Positions 9,361 to 18,806 of a stretch of DNA of 64,000 bases are shown here, piece after piece. Source of the DNA: Candidatus Izemoplasmatales bacterium (GTDB lineage Bacteria; Bacillota_I; Bacilli_A; Izemoplasmatales; Hujiaoplasmataceae). How positions within the stretch are numbered: the stretch's first letter is position 1; the number at the start of each line of letters is the position of its first letter. The stretch is from positions 160,001 to 224,000 of the forward strand of contig JBMNEZ010000001.1 in the NCBI GenBank assembly GCA_050949045.1. Direction: 5' to 3'. The notes beneath the pieces were generated by a model, which made no database searches, was not told where the DNA came from, and saw only the letters and a program-made list of their open reading frames with translations. The translations under genes were made by a program, and so were the position numbers.

Positions 9361-10467
9361 ATAAAAAAATATGATTATTTGATTGTTGGTTGTGGTTTGT
9401 TCGGAGCAACTTTCGCCGAAAAGATGCATAGTTTTGGAAAACGTTGTCTCATTATCGACAAGAGAGACCACATAGCGGGAAACGCCTATACAGAAAGAAA
9501 AAACGGCATTTTGGTTCATGTTTACGGAGCCCACATCTTTCATACCAATGACGAGGAAGTTTGGAACTATGTTAACCGTTTTTCCCGTTTTTCCCGTTTT
9601 ATCAACTCGCCACTTGCGTATTACAAAGGCGAAATCTACAATCTTCCCTTCAACATGAACACCTTTTCAAAAATGTGGAAAATCACCACTCCCAAAGAAG
9701 CAAAAGAAATCATCGAAAAACAAAGAAAAGAGTACGGAGTTCCAAATCCGGTCAATCTGGAAGAACAAGCGATCAATTTGGTTGGGAAAGACATCTACGA
9801 GAAACTCATTAGAGGTTATACAATGAAACAATGGGGTGTCGATCCCAAAAAATTACCTCCTTCCATCATCAAACGGCTGCCGGTCAGATATACGTACGAC
9901 AATAATTATTTTAACGACTATTACCAAGGTATTCCCGAAAAAGGTTATACTGCTCTGGTCGAGAACATGATAAAGGGAATTGACCTGACCTTGAACGCCG
10001 ATTACTTTGACAACAAATCCGTGTATGATGAATTAGCAGAAAAAATCGTTTATACGGGACCGATAGACCGTTTCTTTGACTATCGGTTTGGCCGACTTGG
10101 GTATCGTTCGCTTCGTTTCGAACACGAGCTGTTACCAATTGCTAATTTCCAAGGTAATGCCGTGGTTAACTACACGGATTTTGCGATACCCTATACAAGA
10201 ATCATCGAACATAAATTCTTTGAGAAAAATGATCAAGAAGAAACCATCGTCACCAGAGAGTATCCAGCCGATTTTACAAAGACAAAAGAACCCTATTATC
10301 CGATCAACGATGAGCACAACACAAGAATTTATGAACAATATCGCGACCAAAGTAAAGATTATCCAAACATCATTTTTGGCGGCAGGTTGGCCGAGTATCG
10401 CTACTATGATATGCATCATGTTATCAAGAGTGCACTCAATATGGCAAATATGCTTATGCATAAGTAA
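9361..10467 (+). CDS. glf: UDP-galactopyranose mutase (start codon appears non-canonical)
   Basis: YDYLIVGCGLFG, YGAHIFHT, YTMKQWG, EPYYP and GGRLAEYRYYDMH motifs. Confidence 0.93.
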   Translation: MKKYDYLIVGCGLFGATFAEKMHSFGKRCLIIDKRDHIAGNAYTERKNGILVHVYGAHIFHTNDEEVWNYVNRFSRFSRFINSPLAYYKGEIYNLPFNMNTFSKMWKITTPKEAKEIIEKQRKEYGVPNPVNLEEQAINLVGKDIYEKLIRGYTMKQWGVDPKKLPPSIIKRLPVRYTYDNNYFNDYYQGIPEKGYTALVENMIKGIDLTLNADYFDNKSVYDELAEKIVYTGPIDRFFDYRFGRLGYRSLRFEHELLPIANFQGNAVVNYTDFAIPYTRIIEHKFFEKNDQEETIVTREYPADFTKTKEPYYPINDEHNTRIYEQYRDQSKDYPNIIFGGRLAEYRYYDMHHVIKSALNMANMLMHK

Positions 10468-10507
10468 GTAGATCTCTCAATTTTAAATACTTGGTCAAAA
10501 ACAACAA

Positions 10508-10546
10508 AAAACTGTCAATTAAGTCCGATTGACAGTTTTATTTCTT
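10508..10546 (+). terminator. Intrinsic terminator after glf
   Basis: AAAACTGTCAAT / ATTGACAGTTTT inverted repeat followed by a T-rich tail. Confidence 0.6.
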
Positions 10547-10760
10547 AGACGAATATTATGCTTACTTGCAAATGGCATTAGACGCTCATCCCACTCGCTG
10601 GGAGCGTTGCCTTTGCGGTTAATAATGAGCACATCACCGCCAAAACCAACAGTATTGATTAAAAAGGTAAAAATATCGGAAAGGTGGATTGAATTATTGT
10701 ATAATCGGTTATATAATTTATAATATAAAAACTTAATGATATTTTTAGAGGAGATTCATA

Positions 10761-13181
10761 ATGAAAAAACTAATTATGTTAGGTTTCGCATCTCTTTTTT
10801 TTATTGCTCTCGTAGCTTGTGACGAACTTACTAGCATATCGGGCTTGCCGACTAATCCCTTTACGACAATAAGCGATGTCGTGACAACCACTACCACTGA
10901 CACCGAGACCACTTCAGTTGGTCAAAAAACAACAACCATTACTACCGTACCGGTTACGACCACTGCACCAACAACCAAAGTTACTACTGCACCGGTTACG
11001 ACAGCGGTACCAACAACTACTGTTACTACTGTACCGGTTACTACAACGATGCCAACAACCACTGTTACTACTGCACCGGTGACAACAACAGAGGAACCAA
11101 TCGAAGAAGATCCTTTTGTTCCGGGAGCTGGAGGTGTTCTTGCCGAAAGGGCACCGTCAGAAAACGCAGAAGGAAAATTCGGAGGTCTCATGCTCGCCAA
11201 GGTCAATTGCTGGCGAAGCATTGTAGGTACCGATTACTTTGTCGAGATAGATTTCCCCTCTCCTAGCCAGTTTGATGGAACATCATATACCTTACAGTAT
11301 TATGACACAGTCAGTTCGACATGGAAAGACTATGTATATTATGATAGGACTGTGACATTTACAGATGAAAATAACGGTTATTACGGTTTAACTGTGTCTG
11401 AGTCTCGAACTTTGAGGTTACTTTTGAATGGCGGTCCCATGGCGGGATACACATCCAATGAAGAAAGTTATACTTTGCCAACAATCAAATGCCGTTTCGA
11501 CAGCTACACTGTCGATATGAGTATCAATGAGGAAGGCATCATGTACCCTTACGTCGGTTTCACAACAAGAGCTTCCTTTGAAGCCACCAACTTCGAGGGT
11601 GAAACCGATATCGATGTGACAAATACGCTGATTTACAAGTGGTATCGTGTTGATCCGGTTACTTATAAGCAAACCTTGATCGCTTCTGCGACCGGGCAGA
11701 CCGAATACGATGCGACAATGGATGATGCCGGCTACTATATCATGGTGAGGGCAGAAGGAGACCAAAACAGCTCCTCGGGTTTTTGGCAGGTATTGGTCGG
11801 GCCTGTCGTTGTCGCTAACCCTTGCTTTGTCAGAAACGAGAGCGCTACCGGATTCACTGTCAATCTTTACTATGAAGTTTCAGGGCTCGATCCGGCTTTG
11901 TTTGAGATTTTCGATCAGGACTGGAATGAAGTTGATATTCTTTCCATTGTCAAGGGAGAAAATGATGCAACCTATATCATCACTATCGATGATGCGACCA
12001 TCACCAACTTTTACTCGATCGCCTATAATAGCGGGTTTTGGACAATGCAGTTCAATATGTCCATGGGCGGTGGAGAATTCCATCATTTCACCGAGATATT
12101 GTTTGTCGAAGTTATACCGACAGAAGGAGAAGGAGAGCAAGAAGATCCCTTTATTCCGGGAGTTGGGGGTGTTCTTGCTGAAAGAACGCCGTCAGAAAAC
12201 GCAGAAGGGAAATTTGGAGGTCTTATAATCACCGAGGCCGATTGCTGGCCAGGTTTTTCGGAGTCTCCTGAATACCGGGTTATCATTAATTACCTTTCCC
12301 CTGGCCTATTTGGTGGAACATCGTATACCTTACAGTATTATGATACAGCCAGTTCGACATGGAAAAACTATATGCATAATGATGAGGTTTTGACATTAAC
12401 GACAGAAGTTGATGATTATTACGGTCTTGCCACTTTAACTGTATCCGAGGCTCGTACTTTGAGGTTGCTTTTAAATGGCGGTCCCATGGCGGGATACACA
12501 TCCAATGAAGATAGTTATATTCTGCCAACGATTAAATGCCGTTTCGACGGCTATGCTATCGATATGACCATCAACGAGGAAGGCATTATATACCCTTACG
12601 CCGGTTTCACATTGAGAGCTTCCTTTTCCGCCATCAATTTTGCGGGGGAAACCGATGTCGATGTGTCAGATACGCTGATTTACAAGTGGTATCGCGTTGA
12701 TCCGGTCACCTATGAGCAGACCTTGATCGCTGCCGCGACCGGACAGACCGAATACGATACAACGATGGCCGATGCCGGCTACTATATCATGGTCAAGGCA
12801 GAGGGAGACCAAACCAACTCCTCGGGTGTATATCAGGTATTGATTGATTCTATCGTCGTTGCCGTTAACCCTTGCTTTGTCAGAAACGAAAGCGCCACCG
12901 GATTTACTGTCAATCTTTACTATGAAGTTGCAGAGATCAATCCGGATTTGTTTGAGATCTTCGATCAAGATGAAAATGAAGTTGATGTCCTATCCATCGT
13001 CAAGGGTGAGAATGACGCAACCTATATCATCACTATCGATGATGCGACCATAACTAACTTTTACACAATCGCCTATAGCACAGAGTCTTGGGCGATGCAG
13101 TTCTATACGCTCATGAGCGATGGAGAAACCTATTATTACAGCGAGATGTGGTTTGTCGAACTTGAACCGATAGAAGAATAA
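10761..13181 (+). CDS. Surface lipoprotein with a Thr/Pro-rich stalk and two ~345-aa acidic repeats
   Basis: Signal peptide with lipobox LVAC; Thr-rich linker; internal duplication at offset 1035 nt. Confidence 0.9.
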   Translation: MKKLIMLGFASLFFIALVACDELTSISGLPTNPFTTISDVVTTTTTDTETTSVGQKTTTITTVPVTTTAPTTKVTTAPVTTAVPTTTVTTVPVTTTMPTTTVTTAPVTTTEEPIEEDPFVPGAGGVLAERAPSENAEGKFGGLMLAKVNCWRSIVGTDYFVEIDFPSPSQFDGTSYTLQYYDTVSSTWKDYVYYDRTVTFTDENNGYYGLTVSESRTLRLLLNGGPMAGYTSNEESYTLPTIKCRFDSYTVDMSINEEGIMYPYVGFTTRASFEATNFEGETDIDVTNTLIYKWYRVDPVTYKQTLIASATGQTEYDATMDDAGYYIMVRAEGDQNSSSGFWQVLVGPVVVANPCFVRNESATGFTVNLYYEVSGLDPALFEIFDQDWNEVDILSIVKGENDATYIITIDDATITNFYSIAYNSGFWTMQFNMSMGGGEFHHFTEILFVEVIPTEGEGEQEDPFIPGVGGVLAERTPSENAEGKFGGLIITEADCWPGFSESPEYRVIINYLSPGLFGGTSYTLQYYDTASSTWKNYMHNDEVLTLTTEVDDYYGLATLTVSEARTLRLLLNGGPMAGYTSNEDSYILPTIKCRFDGYAIDMTINEEGIIYPYAGFTLRASFSAINFAGETDVDVSDTLIYKWYRVDPVTYEQTLIAAATGQTEYDTTMADAGYYIMVKAEGDQTNSSGVYQVLIDSIVVAVNPCFVRNESATGFTVNLYYEVAEINPDLFEIFDQDENEVDVLSIVKGENDATYIITIDDATITNFYTIAYSTESWAMQFYTLMSDGETYYYSEMWFVELEPIEE
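10941..11090 (+). repeat. 42-bp tandem repeat, ~3.5 units (TTxPVTTxxPTTxV)
   Basis: Units start at 10941, 10983, 11025 and 11067. Confidence 0.9.
11106..13175 (+). repeat. Intragenic domain duplication (11106-12140 versus 12141-13175)
   Basis: Both units begin EDPFxPGxGGVLAERxPSENAEGKFGGL and share long near-identical blocks. Confidence 0.93.
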
Positions 13182-13206
13182 TTACGATTATAAATGACTT
13201 ATTACG

Positions 13207-13240
13207 AAAGAGGCATCGTCCAACCGATGTCTTTTTCTTT
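13207..13240 (+). terminator. Intrinsic terminator
   Basis: AAAGAGGCATCG / CGATGTCTTTT hairpin with a T tail. Confidence 0.75.
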
Positions 13241-13314
13241 ATTGCAGCGGATATTGCCTCTCAGATTGAATCAAATTTCTTGATATGGTAATATGTTTTT
13301 GAATCAAAGGAGCG

Positions 13315-14088
13315 ATGTCTATGAGTAATAAAGAACAGAAACAACTGATCCTTGAAGCGAGAAAAATACTGAGGTTTGACTACACCGAAGACAGAGAACC
13401 GACTGACCAAATGAGAAAGATTCCTCAGCCGCCTTTGGTGAAAGAAGCTTCTTCAGAAGAGATTGTCAGATTGCCGAGAGACTTTAATTCTCTCAAACTG
13501 AATAACGATGTTCTCGATATCATTTACAACCGTGAGAGCCACCGCATTTTCACAGAAGAAAGTGTGACGCTGTTGACTCTTTCCTTCTTGTTGTGGGCGA
13601 CCCAGGGAATCAAGTCGATCAGGGGCGAGAAATACGCTACTTTCAGGACGGTGCCATCAGGCGGAGCCAGACATCCTTTCGAAACATATCTGATCGTTAG
13701 AAAAATCGATGGTTTGAAACCGGGCAAATATCATTATCTTCCTATGAAACATGAATTGGAGTATCTGGGGAGCGATCCGGATCTTGATACCAAAATCGGT
13801 ATATCCTTGGCTAACCAGAGATGGGCGGTGTCGGCCAATGTTGTGCTTTACTGGTCGATTGTTCCCTATCGCGGCGAATGGCGCTATGCCGAATTTGCTC
13901 ATCGGATTATGCTTATCGATATCGGGCATGTTTGTCAGAATCTTTACCTTGCCTGCGAGGCTGCAGGGTTGGGGACGTGCGCCATTGGCGCGTTTTCAAG
14001 AGAAAATTGCGACAAGTTGTTCGGGCTTGACGGCGAGGAGGAATTCACGATTCTGGCCGCCCCTGTTGGTAGTGTACCTAAAAAATAA
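13315..14088 (+). CDS. SagB/ThcOx-family FMN-dependent nitroreductase
   Basis: RESHR, RTVPSGGARHP, GEWRY, DIGHVCQNLYL and GLGTCAIGAF motifs. Confidence 0.88.
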   Translation: MSMSNKEQKQLILEARKILRFDYTEDREPTDQMRKIPQPPLVKEASSEEIVRLPRDFNSLKLNNDVLDIIYNRESHRIFTEESVTLLTLSFLLWATQGIKSIRGEKYATFRTVPSGGARHPFETYLIVRKIDGLKPGKYHYLPMKHELEYLGSDPDLDTKIGISLANQRWAVSANVVLYWSIVPYRGEWRYAEFAHRIMLIDIGHVCQNLYLACEAAGLGTCAIGAFSRENCDKLFGLDGEEEFTILAAPVGSVPKK

Positions 14089-14285
14089 AACACCGATAAA
14101 GAAAATACCTTCTAGCGTTTTTGAAGAAAAAGACGAATTGAATCTGTCATTTAGCAAAGTAATAATTGCGGTTAGATATTGTATAGATTGAATCAATCAT
14201 TCTTTTGTTCATGGCTGTTAACTATGGCCAAAAGGCTTTATTTTTGGATACTATTACGCTATAATATTTTTGAAGGCAGGGTGAT

Positions 14286-15800
14286 ATGGTGTATACGATC
14301 AACGGAACTGATCTTGATTTGAATGCTTTCATCAAAGTCGCAAGATTCAAGGAAAAAGTCGCCATCTGCAATAACAACAAACCTCTGATTGAAGAGGCAA
14401 GCAGATTTGTCCAGAGTATCGTGAATGGCGATGGCCCCGTATACGGCATCAACACCGGTTTTGGCAAACTATCCAGCGTAGTGATTAAGCGCGAGGAAGC
14501 CAAAAAATTGCAACAAAATCTTTTGATGAGTCACGCTTGTGGCATAGGCGAGCCTTTGGCAGAGGAAATCGTGCGTGGAATGATGTTGTTAAGGGTTAAT
14601 GCCCTTGTCAAAGGCTATAGTGGAATCAGGCTTGAAGTACTTGAGAAAATGGTCGAGTTCCTCAACAAGGATGTTGTTCCTGTCGTTTTTTCCCAAGGGA
14701 GCCTTGGCGCCAGCGGCGATCTTGCGCCCTTGTCGCATATGTCTCTGCCGCTGATCGGTCTTGGAGAAATTTATTTTCAGGGTGAACGCTATCCTGCAGA
14801 AAAAGGACTCAAGATAGCCGGCATCGTTCCGCTTGCCGCTCTTGAGGCCAAAGAAGGACTGAGCCTCATCAACGGTACCCAAGCGATGACTGCTATCGGA
14901 GCTTTTGTTCTCAATGATGCTTTCGTGCTTGAAAAAACCGCATCTTTGACACTTGCGATGACGCTTGAGGCATTGGAAGGAATCATTGATGCATTTGACC
15001 CGAAAGTCCACGAACTCAGGAATCATCAGGGCCAGATGGATGTCGCCAAGAGGATTAAAGGAATCCTTTCAGGCAGTGGATTGATTACAAGAGACGGTGA
15101 AAAAAGAGTTCAAGATGCTTACTCATTGAGATGTGCACCCCAAGTTCACGGTGCTTGTCTCGATGTTTTGCGATATGTGAAAAGCATTATCGAAAAAGAG
15201 ATGAACGCGGTTACCGACAATCCAATCATCTTTGCCGAAACCAAGGAAGTGATTTCAGCGGGTAATTTCCATGGTGAGCCGCTTGCTCTTTCTTTCGACT
15301 ATCTAGGGATGGCGATTAGCGAACTTGCGAATATCAGCGAGAGAAGGATTGAACGCCTAGTCAACGTTTCGCTTTCAAACGGGTTACCGCCGTTTTTAGT
15401 CAAGACTCCCGGCATCAACTCGGGCTTCATGATCGTCCAGTACAGCGCAGCGTCCCTAGTCAGCGAGAACAAAATCTTGGCGCATCCGGCAAGCGTGGAC
15501 TCAATTCCCTCGTCAGCCAATCAAGAAGATCATGTCTCAATGGGAACAATCAGTTCAAGGAAGGCGCATGAGATTCTGAAAAACACCGCCGGCGTTATCG
15601 CAATGGAGCTGATGACCGCAGCACAAGCACTAGACTTTCGCGGACATGAAAAGCTGGCTCCCATAACCAAGGAAGCTTTCAACCACCTGAGAAAAAGCGT
15701 TCCTTTCGTTGAAAACGATATCGTGATGTATCCATTAATCCATGCTTTGACTGCTGCTGTTCTTCGCGGTGAATATGCAAACTATAATGTGGAGGTATAG
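14286..15800 (+). CDS. hutH: Histidine ammonia-lyase
   Basis: YGINTGFG; MIO motif GASGDLAPL; QDAYSLRC; SANQEDHVSMG. Confidence 0.96.
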   Translation: MVYTINGTDLDLNAFIKVARFKEKVAICNNNKPLIEEASRFVQSIVNGDGPVYGINTGFGKLSSVVIKREEAKKLQQNLLMSHACGIGEPLAEEIVRGMMLLRVNALVKGYSGIRLEVLEKMVEFLNKDVVPVVFSQGSLGASGDLAPLSHMSLPLIGLGEIYFQGERYPAEKGLKIAGIVPLAALEAKEGLSLINGTQAMTAIGAFVLNDAFVLEKTASLTLAMTLEALEGIIDAFDPKVHELRNHQGQMDVAKRIKGILSGSGLITRDGEKRVQDAYSLRCAPQVHGACLDVLRYVKSIIEKEMNAVTDNPIIFAETKEVISAGNFHGEPLALSFDYLGMAISELANISERRIERLVNVSLSNGLPPFLVKTPGINSGFMIVQYSAASLVSENKILAHPASVDSIPSSANQEDHVSMGTISSRKAHEILKNTAGVIAMELMTAAQALDFRGHEKLAPITKEAFNHLRKSVPFVENDIVMYPLIHALTAAVLRGEYANYNVEV

Positions 15801-15806
15801 CCTCAT

Positions 15807-17825
15807 ATGAAGATCAAAGCAATCAATTTGGGGATGATTTTTGAGGAGTTGCCCGAGCATCCTGGTTTTGTTCCTGGGATTCGCAGAGCTCCCAAAAGAG
15901 AAGCCAACTTATCTCCAAGCGACATTGAACTCGCGCTCAAGAACGCATTGAGATACATCCCGGAGAAATGGCAAACCCAACTCGCCGAGGAGTTTTTGAC
16001 AGAACTGACCGAGATGGGCAGGATCTATGGTTACCGCTTCCGTCCCAAAGGCAGGATCAGAGGGCTATCAATCGACGAGTATCGCGGCAGCACGCTTGAA
16101 GGCAAGGCTTTTCAGGTGATGATCGACAACAACCTTGATTTTGAAATCGCGCTCTATCCGTATGAACTTGTCACTTATGGAGAGACCGGATCGGTCATGC
16201 AAAACTGGATGCAGTACCATTTGGTTAAGAAGTATTTGGAGATGATGAATAACCGCCAGACACTGGTCATGATTAGCGGTCATCCTCTCGGACTGTTCTC
16301 GTCATTTGAGCATTCGCCAAGGGTCTTGATGACTAATGGATTGATGATAGGTCAATTTGACAATCAGCAGCACTTCAATCGCGCAGCCGCTCTCGGAGTC
16401 GCCAATTACGGCCAGATGACAGCCGGTGGTTGGATGTATATCGGTCCCCAGGGAATTGTCCATGGAACATATTCGACCTTGTTGAATGCCGGAAGAAGCA
16501 TTCTTAAGATCCCCGCAGACAAAGATTTGGCGGGGAGGCTTTTTGTCTCCTCAGGCCTAGGCGGCATGTCGGGCGCTCAGGGCAAGGCAATCGAGATTGC
16601 CGGAGGCGTCGGCATCATCGCCGAAGTGGATAAATCACGGATCGATACCAGATACAAACAGGGGTGGGTCAGCGTTGTGACCGAATCGCCTGAAAAAGCG
16701 TTCCATCAGGCAAATCAGGCTATGGCATCGAAAAGGCCTCTGGCGATTGCCTTTCATGGGAACATCGTCGATTTACTGGAATATGCCGTCAAGGAAAAAA
16801 CAAAGATTGATCTCTTGTCGGATCAAACCAGTTGCCATGCGGTATATGACGGTGGTTACTGCCCCGTTGGCATCTCTTTCGCCGAAAGAACGGCGATGAT
16901 CTCAAAGGATAAGGACAACTTCCGAAAACTCGTTGATCTCAGTTTGGCACGTCATTTCAAGGCAATTAAGGAACTTGTTGCCAGCGGCACGTATTTCTTT
17001 GATTATGGGAACAGTTTTTTGAAAGCAATCTATGATTCAGGAATCAAAGCGGTCTGCAAAAACCAAACAGACGATCTTGATGGTTTTATCTGGCCAAGTT
17101 ATGTCGAGGATATCATGGGACCGCTACTTTTCGATTATGGCTATGGACCATTCCGCTGGGTTTGCCTAAGCGGTAAAGACGATGATCTTGACAAGACCGA
17201 CCAGGCGGCCATGGCAACGATCGACAAAAATCGGCGTTTCCAAGATTACGACAATTATATGTGGATAAAAAACGCGAAAAAGAATGAACTTGTCGTCGGC
17301 ACTAAGGCGAGAATTCTATATCAGGACGCCTATGGCAGAATGAACATCGCCCTCAAGTTCAATGAAATGGTCAGAAATGGTGAGGTCGGTCCGATCATGC
17401 TTGGCCGGGACCACCATGACGCCGGAGGGACGGACTCACCATTCAGAGAAACAGCAAACATCAAGGACGGTTCGAACATCATGGCGGAAATGGCAACCCA
17501 TATCGCCCTTGGCAACAGTGCCAGGGGGATGAGTCTGGTCACGCTCCATAACGGTGGCGGTGTTGGCATCGGCAAAGCTATCAACGGCGGATTCGGCATG
17601 CTTCTCGATGGGTCCTTGCGCGTTGACGAGATCCTAAGAAGCGCGGTTTTGTTCGATGTCATGGGTGGCGTCGCAAGACGCGCCTGGGCGCGAAACGAGA
17701 ATGCCCGTGAAACCGTCGAAGACTTTAACAAAATCGACAACAATTCGCTCATCGGGTTGCCTTATCTTACGAATGACGATCTGATTAAGGATATCTTGAA
17801 CAAGCACCGGAAAAAGGGAGGATGA
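15807..17825 (+). CDS. hutU: Urocanate hydratase (long form)
   Basis: YGQMTAG, YIGPQGIVHGT, GLGGMSGAQ, GRDHHD and HNGGGVGIG motifs. Confidence 0.96.
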   Translation: MKIKAINLGMIFEELPEHPGFVPGIRRAPKREANLSPSDIELALKNALRYIPEKWQTQLAEEFLTELTEMGRIYGYRFRPKGRIRGLSIDEYRGSTLEGKAFQVMIDNNLDFEIALYPYELVTYGETGSVMQNWMQYHLVKKYLEMMNNRQTLVMISGHPLGLFSSFEHSPRVLMTNGLMIGQFDNQQHFNRAAALGVANYGQMTAGGWMYIGPQGIVHGTYSTLLNAGRSILKIPADKDLAGRLFVSSGLGGMSGAQGKAIEIAGGVGIIAEVDKSRIDTRYKQGWVSVVTESPEKAFHQANQAMASKRPLAIAFHGNIVDLLEYAVKEKTKIDLLSDQTSCHAVYDGGYCPVGISFAERTAMISKDKDNFRKLVDLSLARHFKAIKELVASGTYFFDYGNSFLKAIYDSGIKAVCKNQTDDLDGFIWPSYVEDIMGPLLFDYGYGPFRWVCLSGKDDDLDKTDQAAMATIDKNRRFQDYDNYMWIKNAKKNELVVGTKARILYQDAYGRMNIALKFNEMVRNGEVGPIMLGRDHHDAGGTDSPFRETANIKDGSNIMAEMATHIALGNSARGMSLVTLHNGGGVGIGKAINGGFGMLLDGSLRVDEILRSAVLFDVMGGVARRAWARNENARETVEDFNKIDNNSLIGLPYLTNDDLIKDILNKHRKKGG

Positions 17826-17828
17826 GCG

Positions 17829-18806
17829 ATGGCAAATATCGTTGAAGCGGTTCCCAATTTCAGCGAGGGACGCGATCAGGAAAAAATCAAACGGTTGATG
17901 AGCGTTTTTTGCCATCATCCGGACATTAAAATCGTCAACTGCGAACCCGACGCCGACTACAATCGGACAGTGGTCACTTTGCTTGGCGACGGTGAAAAGA
18001 TGGTTTTTGCCCTGATGGATCTTGTCGGTGCCGCAGTCGATGAAATCGATCTCAATCACCACAAGGGAGAGCATCCCCGCATGGGGGCTGTCGATGTCAT
18101 CCCCTTTATTCCGATCGAGGGCGTCGCCATGAAAGAATGTGTCGCTTACGCGGAAAAACTAGGATCAATGATCAGTGACAAATACCAGATCCCCGTGTTT
18201 TTATATGCCGAAGCCGCTCGAAATGAGGAAAGGGCGGCGCTTCCGAATATCCGCAAGGGCGAATTCGAAGGCATGAAGACGAAAATCACCGAGCCAAAGT
18301 GGCATCCTGATTTCGGTGAGGCGAAAATTCACCCGACTTTTGGAGTTGTCGCCGTCGGCGCAAGACCGTTCTTGATCGCCTATAACATCGATCTCGCAAC
18401 TAAAGACGAAGAGATAGCGAAAACAATCGCCAAGGCGATCAGAAAGTCAAACGGCGGTTTCCAATACATTCAGGCCGGGCCTGTGTTTCTCGAAAAACGA
18501 GGGCATGTCCAAGTGACGATGAATATCCTTGACTACAAAAAGAACCCTATTTACCGGATCTTTGAGACTGTCAAGATGGAAGCCAGGAGATATCACGTCA
18601 AAGCGACCGGAGCCGAGATCGTCGGGATGATTCCCAAAGATGCGCTCATTAGATCTTTGGAATATTATCGTGCAATTGGTGATTGCCAAGCAGATTTGAT
18701 CAAAGCTGATCTTGACGGGATTGCCGAAGCCGCTTGTAAACATCTATTGCTTAGAGATTTTTCCAAAGCGAAGATCATTGAATCCTATCTTGAGGACCGC
18801 CGATGA
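17829..18806 (+). CDS. ftcD: Glutamate formimidoyltransferase
   Basis: VPNFSEGR, YNRTVVT, HPRMGAVDVIPF and GARPFLIAYN motifs. Confidence 0.94.
   Translation: MANIVEAVPNFSEGRDQEKIKRLMSVFCHHPDIKIVNCEPDADYNRTVVTLLGDGEKMVFALMDLVGAAVDEIDLNHHKGEHPRMGAVDVIPFIPIEGVAMKECVAYAEKLGSMISDKYQIPVFLYAEAARNEERAALPNIRKGEFEGMKTKITEPKWHPDFGEAKIHPTFGVVAVGARPFLIAYNIDLATKDEEIAKTIAKAIRKSNGGFQYIQAGPVFLEKRGHVQVTMNILDYKKNPIYRIFETVKMEARRYHVKATGAEIVGMIPKDALIRSLEYYRAIGDCQADLIKADLDGIAEAACKHLLLRDFSKAKIIESYLEDRR

Noticed and set aside
10574..10645. Fluoride or c-di-GMP riboswitch on the minus strand
   Set aside because: Only partial motifs (GGTGATG..TAACCGC..CTAATG); the required pairing is absent and there is no downstream gene on that strand
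10941..11090. CRISPR-like array
   Set aside because: In-frame coding repeat with no unique spacers and no cas genes
13315..14088. Azole RiPP cluster
   Set aside because: No YcaO, precursor peptide or transporter nearby; stand-alone SagB-like proteins are common
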